Assembly (NCBI GenBank): GCA_963675595.2
Contig: CAXXLZ010000001.1
Coordinates: forward strand, 992,001 to 1,056,000
Reading direction: 5' to 3'
DNA from: Thermodesulfobacteriota bacterium
Lineage (GTDB): Bacteria; Desulfobacterota; Desulfarculia; JACQYL01
Length of the DNA stretch: 64,000 bases
Shown piece after piece: positions 1-10,046 of the stretch (position 1 is its first letter; every line of letters starts with the position of its first letter). Below the pieces are notes generated by a model that saw only the letters and a list, made by a program, of their open reading frames with translations, searched no databases and had not been told where the DNA came from. A program made the position numbers and the translations under genes.

Positions 1-710
1 TGAACCTGTGTGGTGGCCAGCTTTCCTCTGCCGCCGAAATCGTCACTTCGGATTTTCCTCATGATGTCCCATGCTTCCACGGGATCCTCATAAAGTTGGC
101 TGATGTGCATTTTCCCAATGACTTCATCCGCTCTGTAATTGAGAAGCTGTTCCGCGCCTTCGTTGAAAATCAAGACGATACCGCGCATGTCCCCGCCGAG
201 AATTCCGTCCACCGAGCTCTTGATGATGTTCGAAAAGAACTTGTTGGTCTTTCTCAGCGTGTTTTCAACATTCGCACGTTGTGTGACGTCCCGCACGCGG
301 ATCAGGGTTTTCCGACCTTCTTCGCTTTTCATAGCGGCCATGTAAAGCTCGAAATACTGAGTCTCTCCTCGAGATGACGACCGCGAACTTGGAATGGGAG
401 TGGAACCGTGTTCGATGTCGTCGGCGGATAATCGTTCCAGGATGAATTGCGCATTATCGAAGCCGGCTTCAGCGATCAGGGAAGCGAAGAGGACGTCCGA
501 AACCTCTTCTCTATTACGTCCGATCAGTCGACGAGCAGATTCGTTCGTGAATTCGATCTTCCCCGATTCGTCCACCAGGAGAAGGCCGTCATCGCCTGCC
601 ATGGAATCCAGGATGAGAATCGTCTTCAGCTTCCGGAAGGTGGATTCGGCCGATTTTGAGAGGTGCTCGATCACGTCCGGACGTTTCAAATCGTGCTCGT
701 TTTCGAACAT
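1..710 (-). CDS. PAS-domain sensor protein (probable histidine kinase), N-terminal part; runs off the left edge
   Basis: ATG at 710 with GGAG upstream. Manual translation MFENEHDLKRPD...DGLLLVDESGKIEFTNESARRL...IIKSSVDGILGGDMRGIVLIFNEGAEQLLNYRADEVIG gives two PAS-like repeats. Absent from the ORF track because it is truncated. Confidence 0.8.
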   Translation of the reverse strand, partial: MFENEHDLKRPDVIEHLSKSAESTFRKLKTILILDSMAGDDGLLLVDESGKIEFTNESARRLIGRNREEVSDVLFASLIAEAGFDNAQFILERLSADDIEHGSTPIPSSRSSSRGETQYFELYMAAMKSEEGRKTLIRVRDVTQRANVENTLRKTNKFFSNIIKSSVDGILGGDMRGIVLIFNEGAEQLLNYRADEVIGKMHISQLYEDPVEAWDIMRKIRSDDFGGRGKLATTQV

Positions 711-1100
711 GTGATGCTCTCCAATTCAACTCGTTGTCGAATAAGAAGCCCTTCCGGACTTCCATGCCGGTAACGAAAAGGTGCCGGATTCCGGATCCTT
801 GAATAAGGGCTGTCCCACCGAGCATCGAGAAAAACCGTAGCCCGCCGCCTATCCGGTTTCCTCGGCTGCGTTGGCGGATGCCCGCCCGATCTACAATGTT
901 CCCAAAACGGTACTTAATAAAGGTAGATTTTTCCGTCAAGGTTCACCTATCGTCGCAGACCGTGTCGGAATAACTTTCATACAAATTATTGGGCAAATAG
1001 GTCTCAAGTGTACGTTACGTGTCTGTTGGATCAATGTCTTCCGTTTTCCCCGGCGCTGTGAAGATTATTCTCTTTCTTTTCAAGTGCACTTCACTTTCTA

Positions 1101-1130
1101 TTGACATTGTTCCTCTTCAATCTCTATTGT
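1101..1130 (+). promoter_or_regulatory. Putative sigma70 promoter for nfnAB
   Basis: TTGACA-N18-TATTGT in the AT-rich divergent intergenic region. Confidence 0.45.
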
Positions 1131-1397
1131 GGAAACTTTGAAGTTCCGCCTTTCGGCTTTGGGGCCGGCACATGGGGATTCGTGTCGTATGCTTGGCACA
1201 CAGGCCTGCCGTTCGATCATTTCCGTATGTCGCCCTCCCCACTGTATCCCGAGGTGAAGCTTAGCGGCTTGAGTTGGTTCGATGCCGGTGACGGCCTGCC
1301 GGTGGGAAGGACGGCAACTCGAGCCGAGTATCGACGGTCGACCCGACACGCAACGGCGCTTCCGGGTTGGAAAAGTAAATGCAGACGGAGGAATTCC

Positions 1398-2234
1398 ATG
1401 TTCGAAATCTTGAAAAGGCAAGAACTTGCCGGCGGGACCGTGGTCATGAATGAGATCGCAGCTCCGCAGATCGCCCAGAAGGCCAAGCCGGGGCAGTTCA
1501 TTGTGCTCAAAGCCAATGAGACCGGGGAACGCATTCCCTTGACCATTGCCGACAAAGACGAAAAGAAGGGCACCGTAACCATTTATTACATGGTTGTGGG
1601 CAAGTCTACGGCATTATTCAAAAGTATGGCCGTCGGGGATCGCTTCCAGGACGTCATCGGGCCCTTGGGCAAACCGACGCATCTTGAAAAGCTCGGCAAA
1701 GTGGTGTGCGTGGGCGGAGGAACGGGCGTGGCCGTGCTTCATCCCATCACCAAGGGACTGAAAGAGGTGGGAAATCACGTAGTCGGCATCATCGGGGCCC
1801 GCAATAAAGACCTGCTGATCATGGAAGACAAGATGAAGGCCGCTTCCACCGAGTTGCACGTATGTACCGACGACGGCAGCTACGGCCATCATGGTTTTGT
1901 AACGGACGTACTGAGGGGATTTCTCGAGAAAGGCGATATCAAGATGGTTGTGGCCATCGGTCCGGTCATTATGATGAAAGTGGTGAGCAAGTTGACGGCC
2001 GAGTACAAAGTGCCCACCATCGTGAGCCTGAATCCCATCATGGTGGACGGCACCGGCATGTGCGGATGCTGCCGTGTCTCCGTGGGCGACGAAACCAAAT
2101 TCGCGTGCGTGGACGGACCCGAATTCGACGGACACCTGGTGGATTACGATGAGCTGATGCAGCGTCTGGCGGCGTATCACGAAGACGAGAAGCACTCCAT
2201 GGAGAGATATTCTTGTGAATGTCGGAAGGGCTGA
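1398..2234 (+). CDS. nfnA: NfnA-like FAD/NAD-binding 2Fe-2S subunit (sulfide/dihydroorotate dehydrogenase electron-transfer family)
   Basis: GGAGG SD then ATG 1398; motifs PGQF, ERIPLTIAD, GPLG, GGGTG, MVDGTGMCGCCRV, FACVDGPEFDGH. Confidence 0.88.
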   Translation: MFEILKRQELAGGTVVMNEIAAPQIAQKAKPGQFIVLKANETGERIPLTIADKDEKKGTVTIYYMVVGKSTALFKSMAVGDRFQDVIGPLGKPTHLEKLGKVVCVGGGTGVAVLHPITKGLKEVGNHVVGIIGARNKDLLIMEDKMKAASTELHVCTDDGSYGHHGFVTDVLRGFLEKGDIKMVVAIGPVIMMKVVSKLTAEYKVPTIVSLNPIMVDGTGMCGCCRVSVGDETKFACVDGPEFDGHLVDYDELMQRLAAYHEDEKHSMERYSCECRKG

Positions 2235-2325
2235 GTGACCGCAACGGCATTTGATTGAGGGTTAGGCCCCGCATTTTATCGCTGAGTAGAGTAGGCGTTT
2301 GTTTAGAGAATCAGGAGGATAGGGA

Positions 2326-3729
2326 ATGGCCAAAGAAGAAAAAACCGCCGTCCGGGTACCGATGCCCGAGCAGGAACCCAAGGAGAGGGCAAGAAATTTC
2401 AAAGAGGTTCCTCTGGGTTATACCGCTGAAATGGCTCGGGAAGAGGCGAGTCGTTGCCTGCAGTGTAAGAAACCGTCCTGCGTCCAGGGATGCCCGGTGC
2501 ATGTTGATATTCCCGGTTTCATCAAGCTGATTACGGAAGGTGAATTCACACGCGCCATACGTCACGTGTGGGAAATGAACTCCCTTCCGGCGGTCTGCGG
2601 TCGCGTTTGTCCCCAGGAGCTTCAGTGCGAAGGTTCCTGTATCGTGGGCAAGAAAGGGAGTCCCGTCGCCATCGGCAATCTGGAACGATTCGTGGCGGAC
2701 CTTGAACGGGACCAAGGCTCGGGTGAATTACCCCCGGTGGCGCCTTCCACGGGAAAGCGCGTGGCCGTGGTGGGATCCGGTCCTTCCGGGCTTACGGTGG
2801 CCGGTGACCTCATCCGCAAGGGACATGAAGTGACGATTTTTGAGGCCTTTCACAAACCCGGCGGCGTGTTGGTCTACGGCATTCCGGAATTCCGGCTTCC
2901 CAAGGAGATCGTGTTTTCGGAAGTGAATTTCTTGGAACGCATGGGCGCCAAGTTGGAATGCAACCAGGTGGTGGGAGGATCGGTCCTGGTGGATGAACTT
3001 TTCGGCATGGGGTACGACGCCATCTACATCGGAGTCGGCGCCGGTCTGCCGCGGTTCCTGGGGATTCCCGGCGAGAACCTCATCGGAATCTATTCCGCCA
3101 ACGAGTACCTCACGCGCTCGAACCTCATGAAGGCGTACCTGTTCCCCGAATACGATACGCCCATTGCGCGTGGTAGAAATGTGGCCGTTTTGGGCGCCGG
3201 AAACGTCGCCATGGACGCGGCGAGAACTGCCCTGAGGCTCGGAGCGGATAAGGTTCGGATCGTGTATCGAAGGTCCAGAGACGAGATGCCGGCCAGAGCC
3301 GCCGAAATCCATCACGCCGAGGAAGAGGGAGTCGAATTTCATCTGTTGACCAATCCTCTTAGGTTCATCGGGGATGAAAGAGGCCGTGTAACCGGGATGG
3401 AGTGCATATCTATGGAACTCGGAGAGCCCGACGATTCCGGCAGAAGGCGACCCGTCCCGATCCAGGGCTCGGAATTCCAGCTCGAATGCGACCTTGCGGT
3501 GATTTCGGTCGGCGCCGGTGCCAATCCGCTGCTGACCCGGACCACGGAAGGCTTGTCCTGTGACAAGAAGGGATACATTCTTGCGGACCCGGTGACTGGA
3601 AAAACCAGCAGGAAGGGTGTCTGGGCCGGGGGCGACATCGTTACGGGAATGGCCACCGTCATTCTGGCCATGGGAGCCGGGCGAATGGCCTCCGAATCCA
3701 TGCATGACTACTTGGTCAGGGGATGGTAA
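2326..3729 (+). CDS. nfnB: NfnB-like (GltD/GltA-family) NADPH oxidoreductase with two [4Fe-4S] clusters
   Basis: EASRCLQCKKPSCVQGCP, CGRVCPQELQCE, GSGPSG, GAGNVAMD, GGDIVTG; directly follows the nfnA-like gene. Confidence 0.88.
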   Translation: MAKEEKTAVRVPMPEQEPKERARNFKEVPLGYTAEMAREEASRCLQCKKPSCVQGCPVHVDIPGFIKLITEGEFTRAIRHVWEMNSLPAVCGRVCPQELQCEGSCIVGKKGSPVAIGNLERFVADLERDQGSGELPPVAPSTGKRVAVVGSGPSGLTVAGDLIRKGHEVTIFEAFHKPGGVLVYGIPEFRLPKEIVFSEVNFLERMGAKLECNQVVGGSVLVDELFGMGYDAIYIGVGAGLPRFLGIPGENLIGIYSANEYLTRSNLMKAYLFPEYDTPIARGRNVAVLGAGNVAMDAARTALRLGADKVRIVYRRSRDEMPARAAEIHHAEEEGVEFHLLTNPLRFIGDERGRVTGMECISMELGEPDDSGRRRPVPIQGSEFQLECDLAVISVGAGANPLLTRTTEGLSCDKKGYILADPVTGKTSRKGVWAGGDIVTGMATVILAMGAGRMASESMHDYLVRGW

Positions 3730-3806
3730 GCGCCGAACCCCAACGGCTCTTTGAGGGGCCCGTCGAGGCCCCTTAGCCTTATCGGGCCTTGTCCCGCAAG
3801 GAGGAC

Positions 3807-3835
3807 TTGATCGGCGGCGAGGTCTGAGTTATAGT
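3807..3835 (+). promoter_or_regulatory. Near-consensus sigma70 promoter with no substantial downstream + strand CDS
   Basis: TTGATC(3807-3812)-N17-TATAGT(3830-3835). Confidence 0.55.
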
Positions 3836-3841
3836 ATGGTT

Positions 3842-3935
3842 ACATTAAAAAAAGGGGAGCAATGGATTATTGCCTTCCCCAATCCCCTTTTCCCCCGCTA
3901 ACGGCTTTGGAAGGCGGCGTAGCGGGGGTTTTTTT
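3842..3935 (+). ncRNA. Candidate small RNA (~95 nt, two hairpins)
   Basis: Lies between the promoter above and an intrinsic terminator; first hairpin GGGGAGCAAT/ATTGCCTTCCCC. Confidence 0.35.
3892..3935 (+). terminator. Rho-independent terminator
   Basis: CCCCCGCTA...TAGCGGGGG stem followed by T7. Confidence 0.75.
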
Positions 3936-3965
3936 GTCCTGATTTCCGGTGACTGGAACCCCGAC

Positions 3966-4307
3966 TCAATCCGCGTCCTTGATCACGCTCGAAGGATCCG
4001 TCCTGAGCTTCTCCACTTTGCTCTCGAACGACGGCCCAAGGTCCACCCCCATTTGTTGGGCTTTCTTCTTGGCGCTCAGTCCGATGTTTCTGGAATCCTT
4101 GAAAAAAGACTCCGTCTGCCGTGCACCGGGATCATAGCGAGCCAGCCGATCCGATTCGGAAAGATGGAACGCGACACGGGAGATCAGCTTGCGCAGTCTG
4201 TTTTCTCCGCATTTCGAGCAACAAAGACTCGACTCTTCCTCGACCCGCATGATCAGGGCCGAAAAAGTGCACCCGCAGGCTTGGCATTCATACTCGTAAA
4301 TGGGCAT
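3966..4307 (-). CDS. FmdB-family zinc-ribbon protein
   Basis: MPIYEYECQACG...CSKCG...LRKLIS signature; AGGAG upstream of ATG 4307. Confidence 0.85.
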   Translation of the reverse strand: MPIYEYECQACGCTFSALIMRVEEESSLCCSKCGENRLRKLISRVAFHLSESDRLARYDPGARQTESFFKDSRNIGLSAKKKAQQMGVDLGPSFESKVEKLRTDPSSVIKDAD

Positions 4308-4318
4308 TCCTACGTCTC

Positions 4319-5467
4319 CTATTCCGACCGGTTCACCCTGAGAATTCCTTTGGCCAAAAAAGAATTGCCGTCTTTGAATGATCCTTTTAGCCACGCGGTG
4401 AACACAAGGGTTTCCGCTCCCTCTCCCTCCAGAGTCTCCGCAACGGTTGCAGCCGGAAAACAGGCCGTGAGACGCGAGGTTCCCTGAGAAATGAGCGCCT
4501 CTCCCAGGCAATATTCCGGATCGGGCTCAAGAACCCCGTTGAGTAGTCCCAGACGCAAAGTGCCTTGATCCACTCGTGCCGTTTCTTCGGCGCTCCTAAA
4601 ATTTACCGAGCAGACGAGGGCGAGGCCGGGCTCCGGAGGGAGCGTCAGAATCGGAGGTTGAAAACTGAGGGGGAGTATTTCCACGGACTCTTCGGCCTCT
4701 TCGGGGGAGGGCGGCGGAGGTTCGGGTCGGGGCTCCTGAGGAGTCTCGAGCTGCATCATAAGCAGCTCTTCAATATGGGAGAGGGTTTCGGTGATCACCC
4801 CAAGTTGGGCGCGGATGGCCTCCTGCTCTCTTTTGAGATCCGAAAGATCCGTGTATACCGGGGAGAACTGCCGGTCCATCTCCGCCATATCGGACGCGCT
4901 CAAAGCCGACAGGCTTGGAACATCGATTGACGAGGGGTACTGTCCCCCCACAAACACATTGCCGTAACCATGATATTTGCCGGTTTCTTCGGCCTGGATA
5001 CGGACGATGAGTGCATCTCCCGCTTCCGCCGGCACCTCGGAGCCGCTCTGCCGTCCGGAAAACAGGGCCGGACCTCTTGCGGATCCAAGCCCCTTCGGCC
5101 AGGAAGCGAGAAGGTACTCGCCCTCCGGTTTCTGCAATACGATTTCCACGGACGCATACGTTCCCGACCCGGAGTAATTTTGGCCGTACAGATTGAACCC
5201 GTACCCGTTTCCTCCCATGGTCCCGGTCAAGATCAACCTCCACTCCCTCGGCGAATTCCTGCGCACCGGAACCTGGATCACGTTGCTTCCCGGCGGGTTT
5301 TCGGAGAGCTCCCCCCCTGAAGTCAGGTACAGCCGGGTGGCTTCCGCCGAGGAGGGATGAAACCAGCAAACCGACAGCGCCAGGATGACGGCCGCCGTCC
5401 ATATGAAAATCGGCGGGAACGGGTAAACGAAGCGGTGCGTAACCCTGCTCGATTGCCTTTGTCCCAT
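4319..5467 (-). CDS. Hypothetical exported/membrane-anchored protein
   Basis: 382-aa ORF with AGGAG SD, hydrophobic N-terminus, coiled-coil and Pro/Glu-rich linker. Confidence 0.7.
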   Translation of the reverse strand: MGQRQSSRVTHRFVYPFPPIFIWTAAVILALSVCWFHPSSAEATRLYLTSGGELSENPPGSNVIQVPVRRNSPREWRLILTGTMGGNGYGFNLYGQNYSGSGTYASVEIVLQKPEGEYLLASWPKGLGSARGPALFSGRQSGSEVPAEAGDALIVRIQAEETGKYHGYGNVFVGGQYPSSIDVPSLSALSASDMAEMDRQFSPVYTDLSDLKREQEAIRAQLGVITETLSHIEELLMMQLETPQEPRPEPPPPSPEEAEESVEILPLSFQPPILTLPPEPGLALVCSVNFRSAEETARVDQGTLRLGLLNGVLEPDPEYCLGEALISQGTSRLTACFPAATVAETLEGEGAETLVFTAWLKGSFKDGNSFLAKGILRVNRSE

Positions 5468-5703
5468 GCGTACTCCTGTTGGTGAGGAAAGATTATCCCA
5501 TCAAATGCAGCTCTATATCATGAGGGACTGTAAAAGAAAAGAGAGGCTGAACCAGGGAGTGCGACGACGGGAACGGCCTATGACGGCGGAAACGGGCGTA
5601 TGGTCCTGTTGAGTGGGCCTCGTGAATCTGATAGGCTCCGGCATCCGTCCTATTGGGACATGATGGAGCAATCGGCGAACCGCTACATGCATGGAAGAGC
5701 TCG

Positions 5704-6807
5704 ATGAACAGATCGCAATACTTGAGAGCGCGCAAACTTGAGGGACGAAAAGTCTTCGGCGTGTTTCCAGCTCAATACCCGAAGGAGCTTCTTTGGGCAT
5801 TCGACATACTCCCTGTGGAAATCTGGGATCCCAAGCCTGCCGCGTGTGAGGCCGGTCGGTACATACAACCCTTTGTCTGTTCGGTGGTCCGGGCGGGACT
5901 TGAGCTGATTCTTCAAGGAAAAGCCGATTTCCTGGACGGTTTCTTCTTTCCCCATACCTGCGATTCCATTCAGAACCTGATGTCGATCGTGCAATCAATC
6001 CGCCCCGACATTCCCTGTTGGTTCTTATATCATCCCAGAGCCCCCCACGGCCTTGAAGCAGAATCTTTCTACGCGGCACAACTTGAAGGAATTACGCGGC
6101 AACTCGGGGAACGTTTCGGTACGGTGAGCCCGGAAAAGTATGCGGATGCGGTTGAAGCGGGGCGTCGCATCAATTCGCTGCTTCGGGAGGTTTACGAGCG
6201 CAGGGCGTCCGGCGAGCTCGGCGTAACCAATCGGGAGTTCTATGATACGCTCAGACTGGGTGAGTTTCAGACGGCCGACGATTACGAGGGAGCCTTGACC
6301 GGGCTGCTCCGCCGTGGGGAGAGCTTGACGGCTTGTGGGGACGGAACTTTACCGATCCTGGTTTCAGGGGTTTTGGCCAATCCTCCCGAGCTTCTGGACA
6401 GGATGGACGAACTGGGAATTCGCATTGTTGCCGACGACTTCATCAATTTGGGCAGGCGGATTCCCTCTCCAAAAGAAGGATCGAAAGGCTCGCCGTCCGT
6501 CGAAATGATAAGCGACTACTTCTCCCTACCTCCCTGCAGTACCCGGGGCTTCGGCATCGAGGAGAGGGTGCTTTTCCTGACCCGATTGCTGGAACGTTCG
6601 AGAGCCGAAGCGGTCATTTTCTGGACGACGAAGTTCTGTGAACCCGAGCTTTTCGATCTACCGCCCCTAACCAAGGAACTGGGGAAACGGGGAGTGCGGG
6701 TGCTGCACATCGAGACCGAGCTGAACGAGGGCGTTTCGGCACAGGTTGCCACACGATTGGAGGCGTTCGTCGAAACGGTGAATCGGGAGAGGGGGGCCGA
6801 AATTTGA
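5704..6807 (+). CDS. 2-hydroxyacyl-CoA dehydratase family subunit (HgdB/FldC/BcrC-like)
   Basis: PKELL, FVCSVVR, HTCDSIQN, KFCEPELFD, TRLEAFVE motifs; start uncertain (5653 or 5704). Confidence 0.82.
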   Translation: MNRSQYLRARKLEGRKVFGVFPAQYPKELLWAFDILPVEIWDPKPAACEAGRYIQPFVCSVVRAGLELILQGKADFLDGFFFPHTCDSIQNLMSIVQSIRPDIPCWFLYHPRAPHGLEAESFYAAQLEGITRQLGERFGTVSPEKYADAVEAGRRINSLLREVYERRASGELGVTNREFYDTLRLGEFQTADDYEGALTGLLRRGESLTACGDGTLPILVSGVLANPPELLDRMDELGIRIVADDFINLGRRIPSPKEGSKGSPSVEMISDYFSLPPCSTRGFGIEERVLFLTRLLERSRAEAVIFWTTKFCEPELFDLPPLTKELGKRGVRVLHIETELNEGVSAQVATRLEAFVETVNRERGAEI

Positions 6808-8111
6808 TGTTTTCCTGGAAGGCTTTGCGATTCCGGTCGGCCAAGGACGTGGTTCTCCCGCTGTCCCTATCCTTGAGAGGGCGGCGTAAGAAGGCCAAGA
6901 CCCATGACGACTCCCTCGGCCCTCCGTTGCGGTGCTCCCGGAAGCTCAAGGAAATGATGATCCGGCATTACTACCTGGCTCGACTCGCCAAGGGTGTGAA
7001 GCCTGTGGCCTGGGTCACCAGCGGCGCTCCGGTGGAACTCCTGCGCGCCCTTGATTTTTATACCGTATATCCGGAGAATCACGGCGCTCTGTGCGGGGCC
7101 GGCCGGGCTGCTCAAGAACTCTGCGCCGCAGCCGAGCGTCAGGGATATTCTCCGGACCTGTGCTCCTACGCCCGGACGGACCTGGGCCACGCTTTTTCGG
7201 GCGGAACGCCCGTGGGCAAGTTGCCCGAACCGGATCTGCTCTTCTGTTCCAACAACATCTGCCAGACCGTCCAATACTGGTTCAAGCAGTTGGCTTACCA
7301 CCGCGGGATTCCGCTCGTCCTGTTCGATGCGCCTTTTATCCCCGACGGGGAAAGCGAACCCTCGGCCGCTGTTGCCTATATGGCCGCCCAACTCAGAGCC
7401 TGCGTGCCGAAGTTGGAGCGAATCTCTCGGCGGGAATTCGATGAAAATCGTTTTTCGGAGGTCCTCCGGCTTTCCAAAGAAAGCTCGGAATCCTGGGGAA
7501 GGGTGCTCTCGACGCTCAAAGCCCGTCCCGCCCCCATGACCATCTTCGACGCGTTCGTGCATTTGGCTCCCATCGTATCTTTGCGCGGATTGCCCGTGTG
7601 CCTGGATTACTATCATACGCTGCTGTCGGAACTGGAAGAACGGGTTGGAGCGGGGATCGGAGGGATCCGAGAGGAGAGGACCCGCCTCATGTGGGACAAC
7701 ATAGCGGTATGGTTCAAGCTCAGGGATTTCTCACGCCTTTTCGCAAGTCACGGCTGCAGTTTCGTCTGCGCCACCTACACCAACGCCTGGGCGGAGACCA
7801 TGCACTTTCTGGACGCCAAGGACCCGTTTGAGGCGCTTGCGCGTGCCTACGGGCAAGTCATCCTGAACCGAGGGCTCGGCTATCGTGCCGCTCTCATGGA
7901 GCGGATGATTGGGGAATACCAAGTGGATGGGTTGGTATTTCATTCGGACCGAAGCTGCAAACCTTACTCCATCGGTCAGTACCAGCTGCAGAGAACCCTC
8001 GCCGAGCGATGCGGCGTCAAGACCGTGGTCATCGAGGCGGACATGACGGACCCCCGTTCCTATTCGGAGGAACAGACTTCGAACCGGTTGCAGGCCTTCC
8101 TTGAAATGTGA
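6807..8111 (+). CDS. 2-hydroxyacyl-CoA dehydratase family subunit (HgdA/FldB/BcrB-like)
   Basis: YPENHGA, GYSPDLCSY, NNICQT, RSCKP, EADMTDPR, RLQAFLE; TGATG overlap with the upstream gene. Confidence 0.85.
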   Translation: MFSWKALRFRSAKDVVLPLSLSLRGRRKKAKTHDDSLGPPLRCSRKLKEMMIRHYYLARLAKGVKPVAWVTSGAPVELLRALDFYTVYPENHGALCGAGRAAQELCAAAERQGYSPDLCSYARTDLGHAFSGGTPVGKLPEPDLLFCSNNICQTVQYWFKQLAYHRGIPLVLFDAPFIPDGESEPSAAVAYMAAQLRACVPKLERISRREFDENRFSEVLRLSKESSESWGRVLSTLKARPAPMTIFDAFVHLAPIVSLRGLPVCLDYYHTLLSELEERVGAGIGGIREERTRLMWDNIAVWFKLRDFSRLFASHGCSFVCATYTNAWAETMHFLDAKDPFEALARAYGQVILNRGLGYRAALMERMIGEYQVDGLVFHSDRSCKPYSIGQYQLQRTLAERCGVKTVVIEADMTDPRSYSEEQTSNRLQAFLEM

Positions 8112-8675
8112 CCGGGGGACGGCGAATCACGGGTCGCGCCGATCACGGCCGGCGCTCTTCAATGGACGGTAGCTTCTCTGCTGAAACGAGCGTCGCTTTT
8201 TCGGTTCTGAACTGCGAAGGCTTTCGTTGAGATCGAGACCAGTCGCGAGAATGAGGTCGTACGCATCCCTGAGGTGTCGCTTACAGAAGCGATCGGGCTT
8301 TCTGAAGCGGCAATCGAACCGGATTCTTGATCTACCACGGGAGTACGGGAGACGAATGGGCCTACGCTATGAAGCGCCGTATGGATTGGTATTACAAATC
8401 CGACTATCTCGAAAGGTTGTGTTTTCTTCGAGTTCCGGTATAATAGAAGCGAGTCGTTCTATATTTTTACTAAAATCCGGAACAAATCGTCGCCGGCGTC
8501 GCGTTTACAGCTCATCGAGCCTTTCGTTGCGCATAATGGGTGAAACCTGTCCATACCCGTCGCTGATTAAGGGTTCGGTGATGTGGTCGTGTCGATCCGG
8601 GTGATCAGATAGAGGCCTCCTTCTTCAGTCGCCTGTGCGATATAATGAATTTCCAGACGGAATTTTAATAACGAA

Positions 8676-9524
8676 ATGAGTCAAGAGACGTCACTAATGA
8701 GCCCTTCCAAAGATGAACACATAGATCCTTATTTGGACAGGGAAGATTTGTTGCGTAACCAGCTTCTCGATAAGATATTGATTATATCTTCCATAGTCGC
8801 CTCCATATGCGTTTTACTCGCACTACTGAGAGATCTCAGAATAGGATGGAATTATCGTGATATAATAATGCCCATAGCAGTAGGTACGCTTATTATCCTC
8901 GCTGTCGTTCGTAAGAGACTGTCCATGCGCGGCAAGGCGACTTATTTGATTATCGCATATCTGCTGGGAGGTGGTTCCGGTCTGTTCAGCCTTGGGATGC
9001 TGGCGGGCAGCGTATTTATATTCCCTTTGGCGGCGGTGCTGGTATCTCTTTTTTACTCTTCCCGATCTATTCTGACCTTCGTCATATTCTTGCTTCTGTT
9101 TTTCTCCTTTGCCGCCGTAGGCTTCTGTTCCGGCTGGATCCGCTTGCCTTTGCGCCCCGACCTGCTGATGACCAGCTATCTACACTGGATTGTGTACGTC
9201 ATGTGCATCGTCTGCTTTTTTGTGGTCAGCTGCTTAACGATATGTGAGTACAGGCGAGCGATGGGGCTCCTGGTCGGGCAAATCAGCCGACAGCGCGACG
9301 AATTGGAGAAGAGCGGTGAGGACCTCCTCAACGCCCTGAACCAGGTGAAAAAACTCAGCGGCCTGCTGCCCATCTGCTCTTCCTGTAAGAAAATCCGTGA
9401 CGACCGAGGTTATTGGAATCAGCTGGAATCGTATATTGAGAATCATTCCGAGGCCGAGTTCAGTCATGGCATTTGCCCCGAATGCGCTAAGCGTTTGTAT
9501 CCCGATTTGGATGTGGATGATTGA
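8676..9524 (+). CDS. Polytopic membrane protein with C-terminal LLPICxxCKKIRDD...FSHGICPEC putative Zn-binding domain
   Basis: About 6 hydrophobic segments, a coiled-coil, then the Cys/His tail common in deltaproteobacterial signalling proteins. Confidence 0.8.
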   Translation: MSQETSLMSPSKDEHIDPYLDREDLLRNQLLDKILIISSIVASICVLLALLRDLRIGWNYRDIIMPIAVGTLIILAVVRKRLSMRGKATYLIIAYLLGGGSGLFSLGMLAGSVFIFPLAAVLVSLFYSSRSILTFVIFLLLFFSFAAVGFCSGWIRLPLRPDLLMTSYLHWIVYVMCIVCFFVVSCLTICEYRRAMGLLVGQISRQRDELEKSGEDLLNALNQVKKLSGLLPICSSCKKIRDDRGYWNQLESYIENHSEAEFSHGICPECAKRLYPDLDVDD

Positions 9525-10046
9525 CGCGGATGCATGACTAGCGGTCGGATATTGAACGAGCGTTTCCGGCGCATGAACACGCTCCACTTCTCGAACTTCC
9601 CGGTTCAAACCGCTGCCGTCTTTCCATCGACGGTGATCAAGAGGCCTCAGGCACGGTTCCGACCATGCGAACCTTTCCAAAACGTCTCTTGCGCCCTGGG
9701 TCGTATGATCGTTTTCATTTGAGCGTTCTTTGGGAACGCCGAATCGGCACGAAGCGAAGACAACGGACGGGAATGGGCCCGGATAAGAAATATACGCCGT
9801 TTTCGACGGTGGTTCCGGCGTGCCGGCTGATCGACGTCTTTGGGCTTTGGATGGGTTTCCGTCGAGGCGGCTCTTGAAACTCGGCCGCGACGCTCACGGC
9901 GCGGTTCAGAGGCCGATTCGACCTTTTTCTCGCGCCCTGCACGGGAACGAGTTGGACATGAGGGGATTGGGCATGTTAGCGTCCGACGGATATAGATCAT
10001 TTGTCTTCAGACATCCTTGCTTCAAACGTTGCATGGGGCTGTTTGC

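Noticed and set aside
1193-1210. Sigma54 promoter TGGCAC...CTGC
   Set aside because: GG-to-GC spacing is 11 nt rather than 10
1101-1397. 99-aa N-terminal extension of NfnA in the ORF track
   Set aside because: Family similarity and a strong SD start at ATG 1398; the TTG at 1101 is a -35 box
2326-3729. Glutamate synthase
   Set aside because: No gltB; pairing with an NfnA-like gene favours transhydrogenase
5704-8111. Class I benzoyl-CoA reductase
   Set aside because: ATPase subunits and aromatic pathway genes are absent; the family cannot be resolved by eye
8227-8604. 125-aa ORF between the dehydratase pair and the membrane protein
   Set aside because: No SD or recognisable motif; Ser/Arg-rich composition typical of non-coding frames
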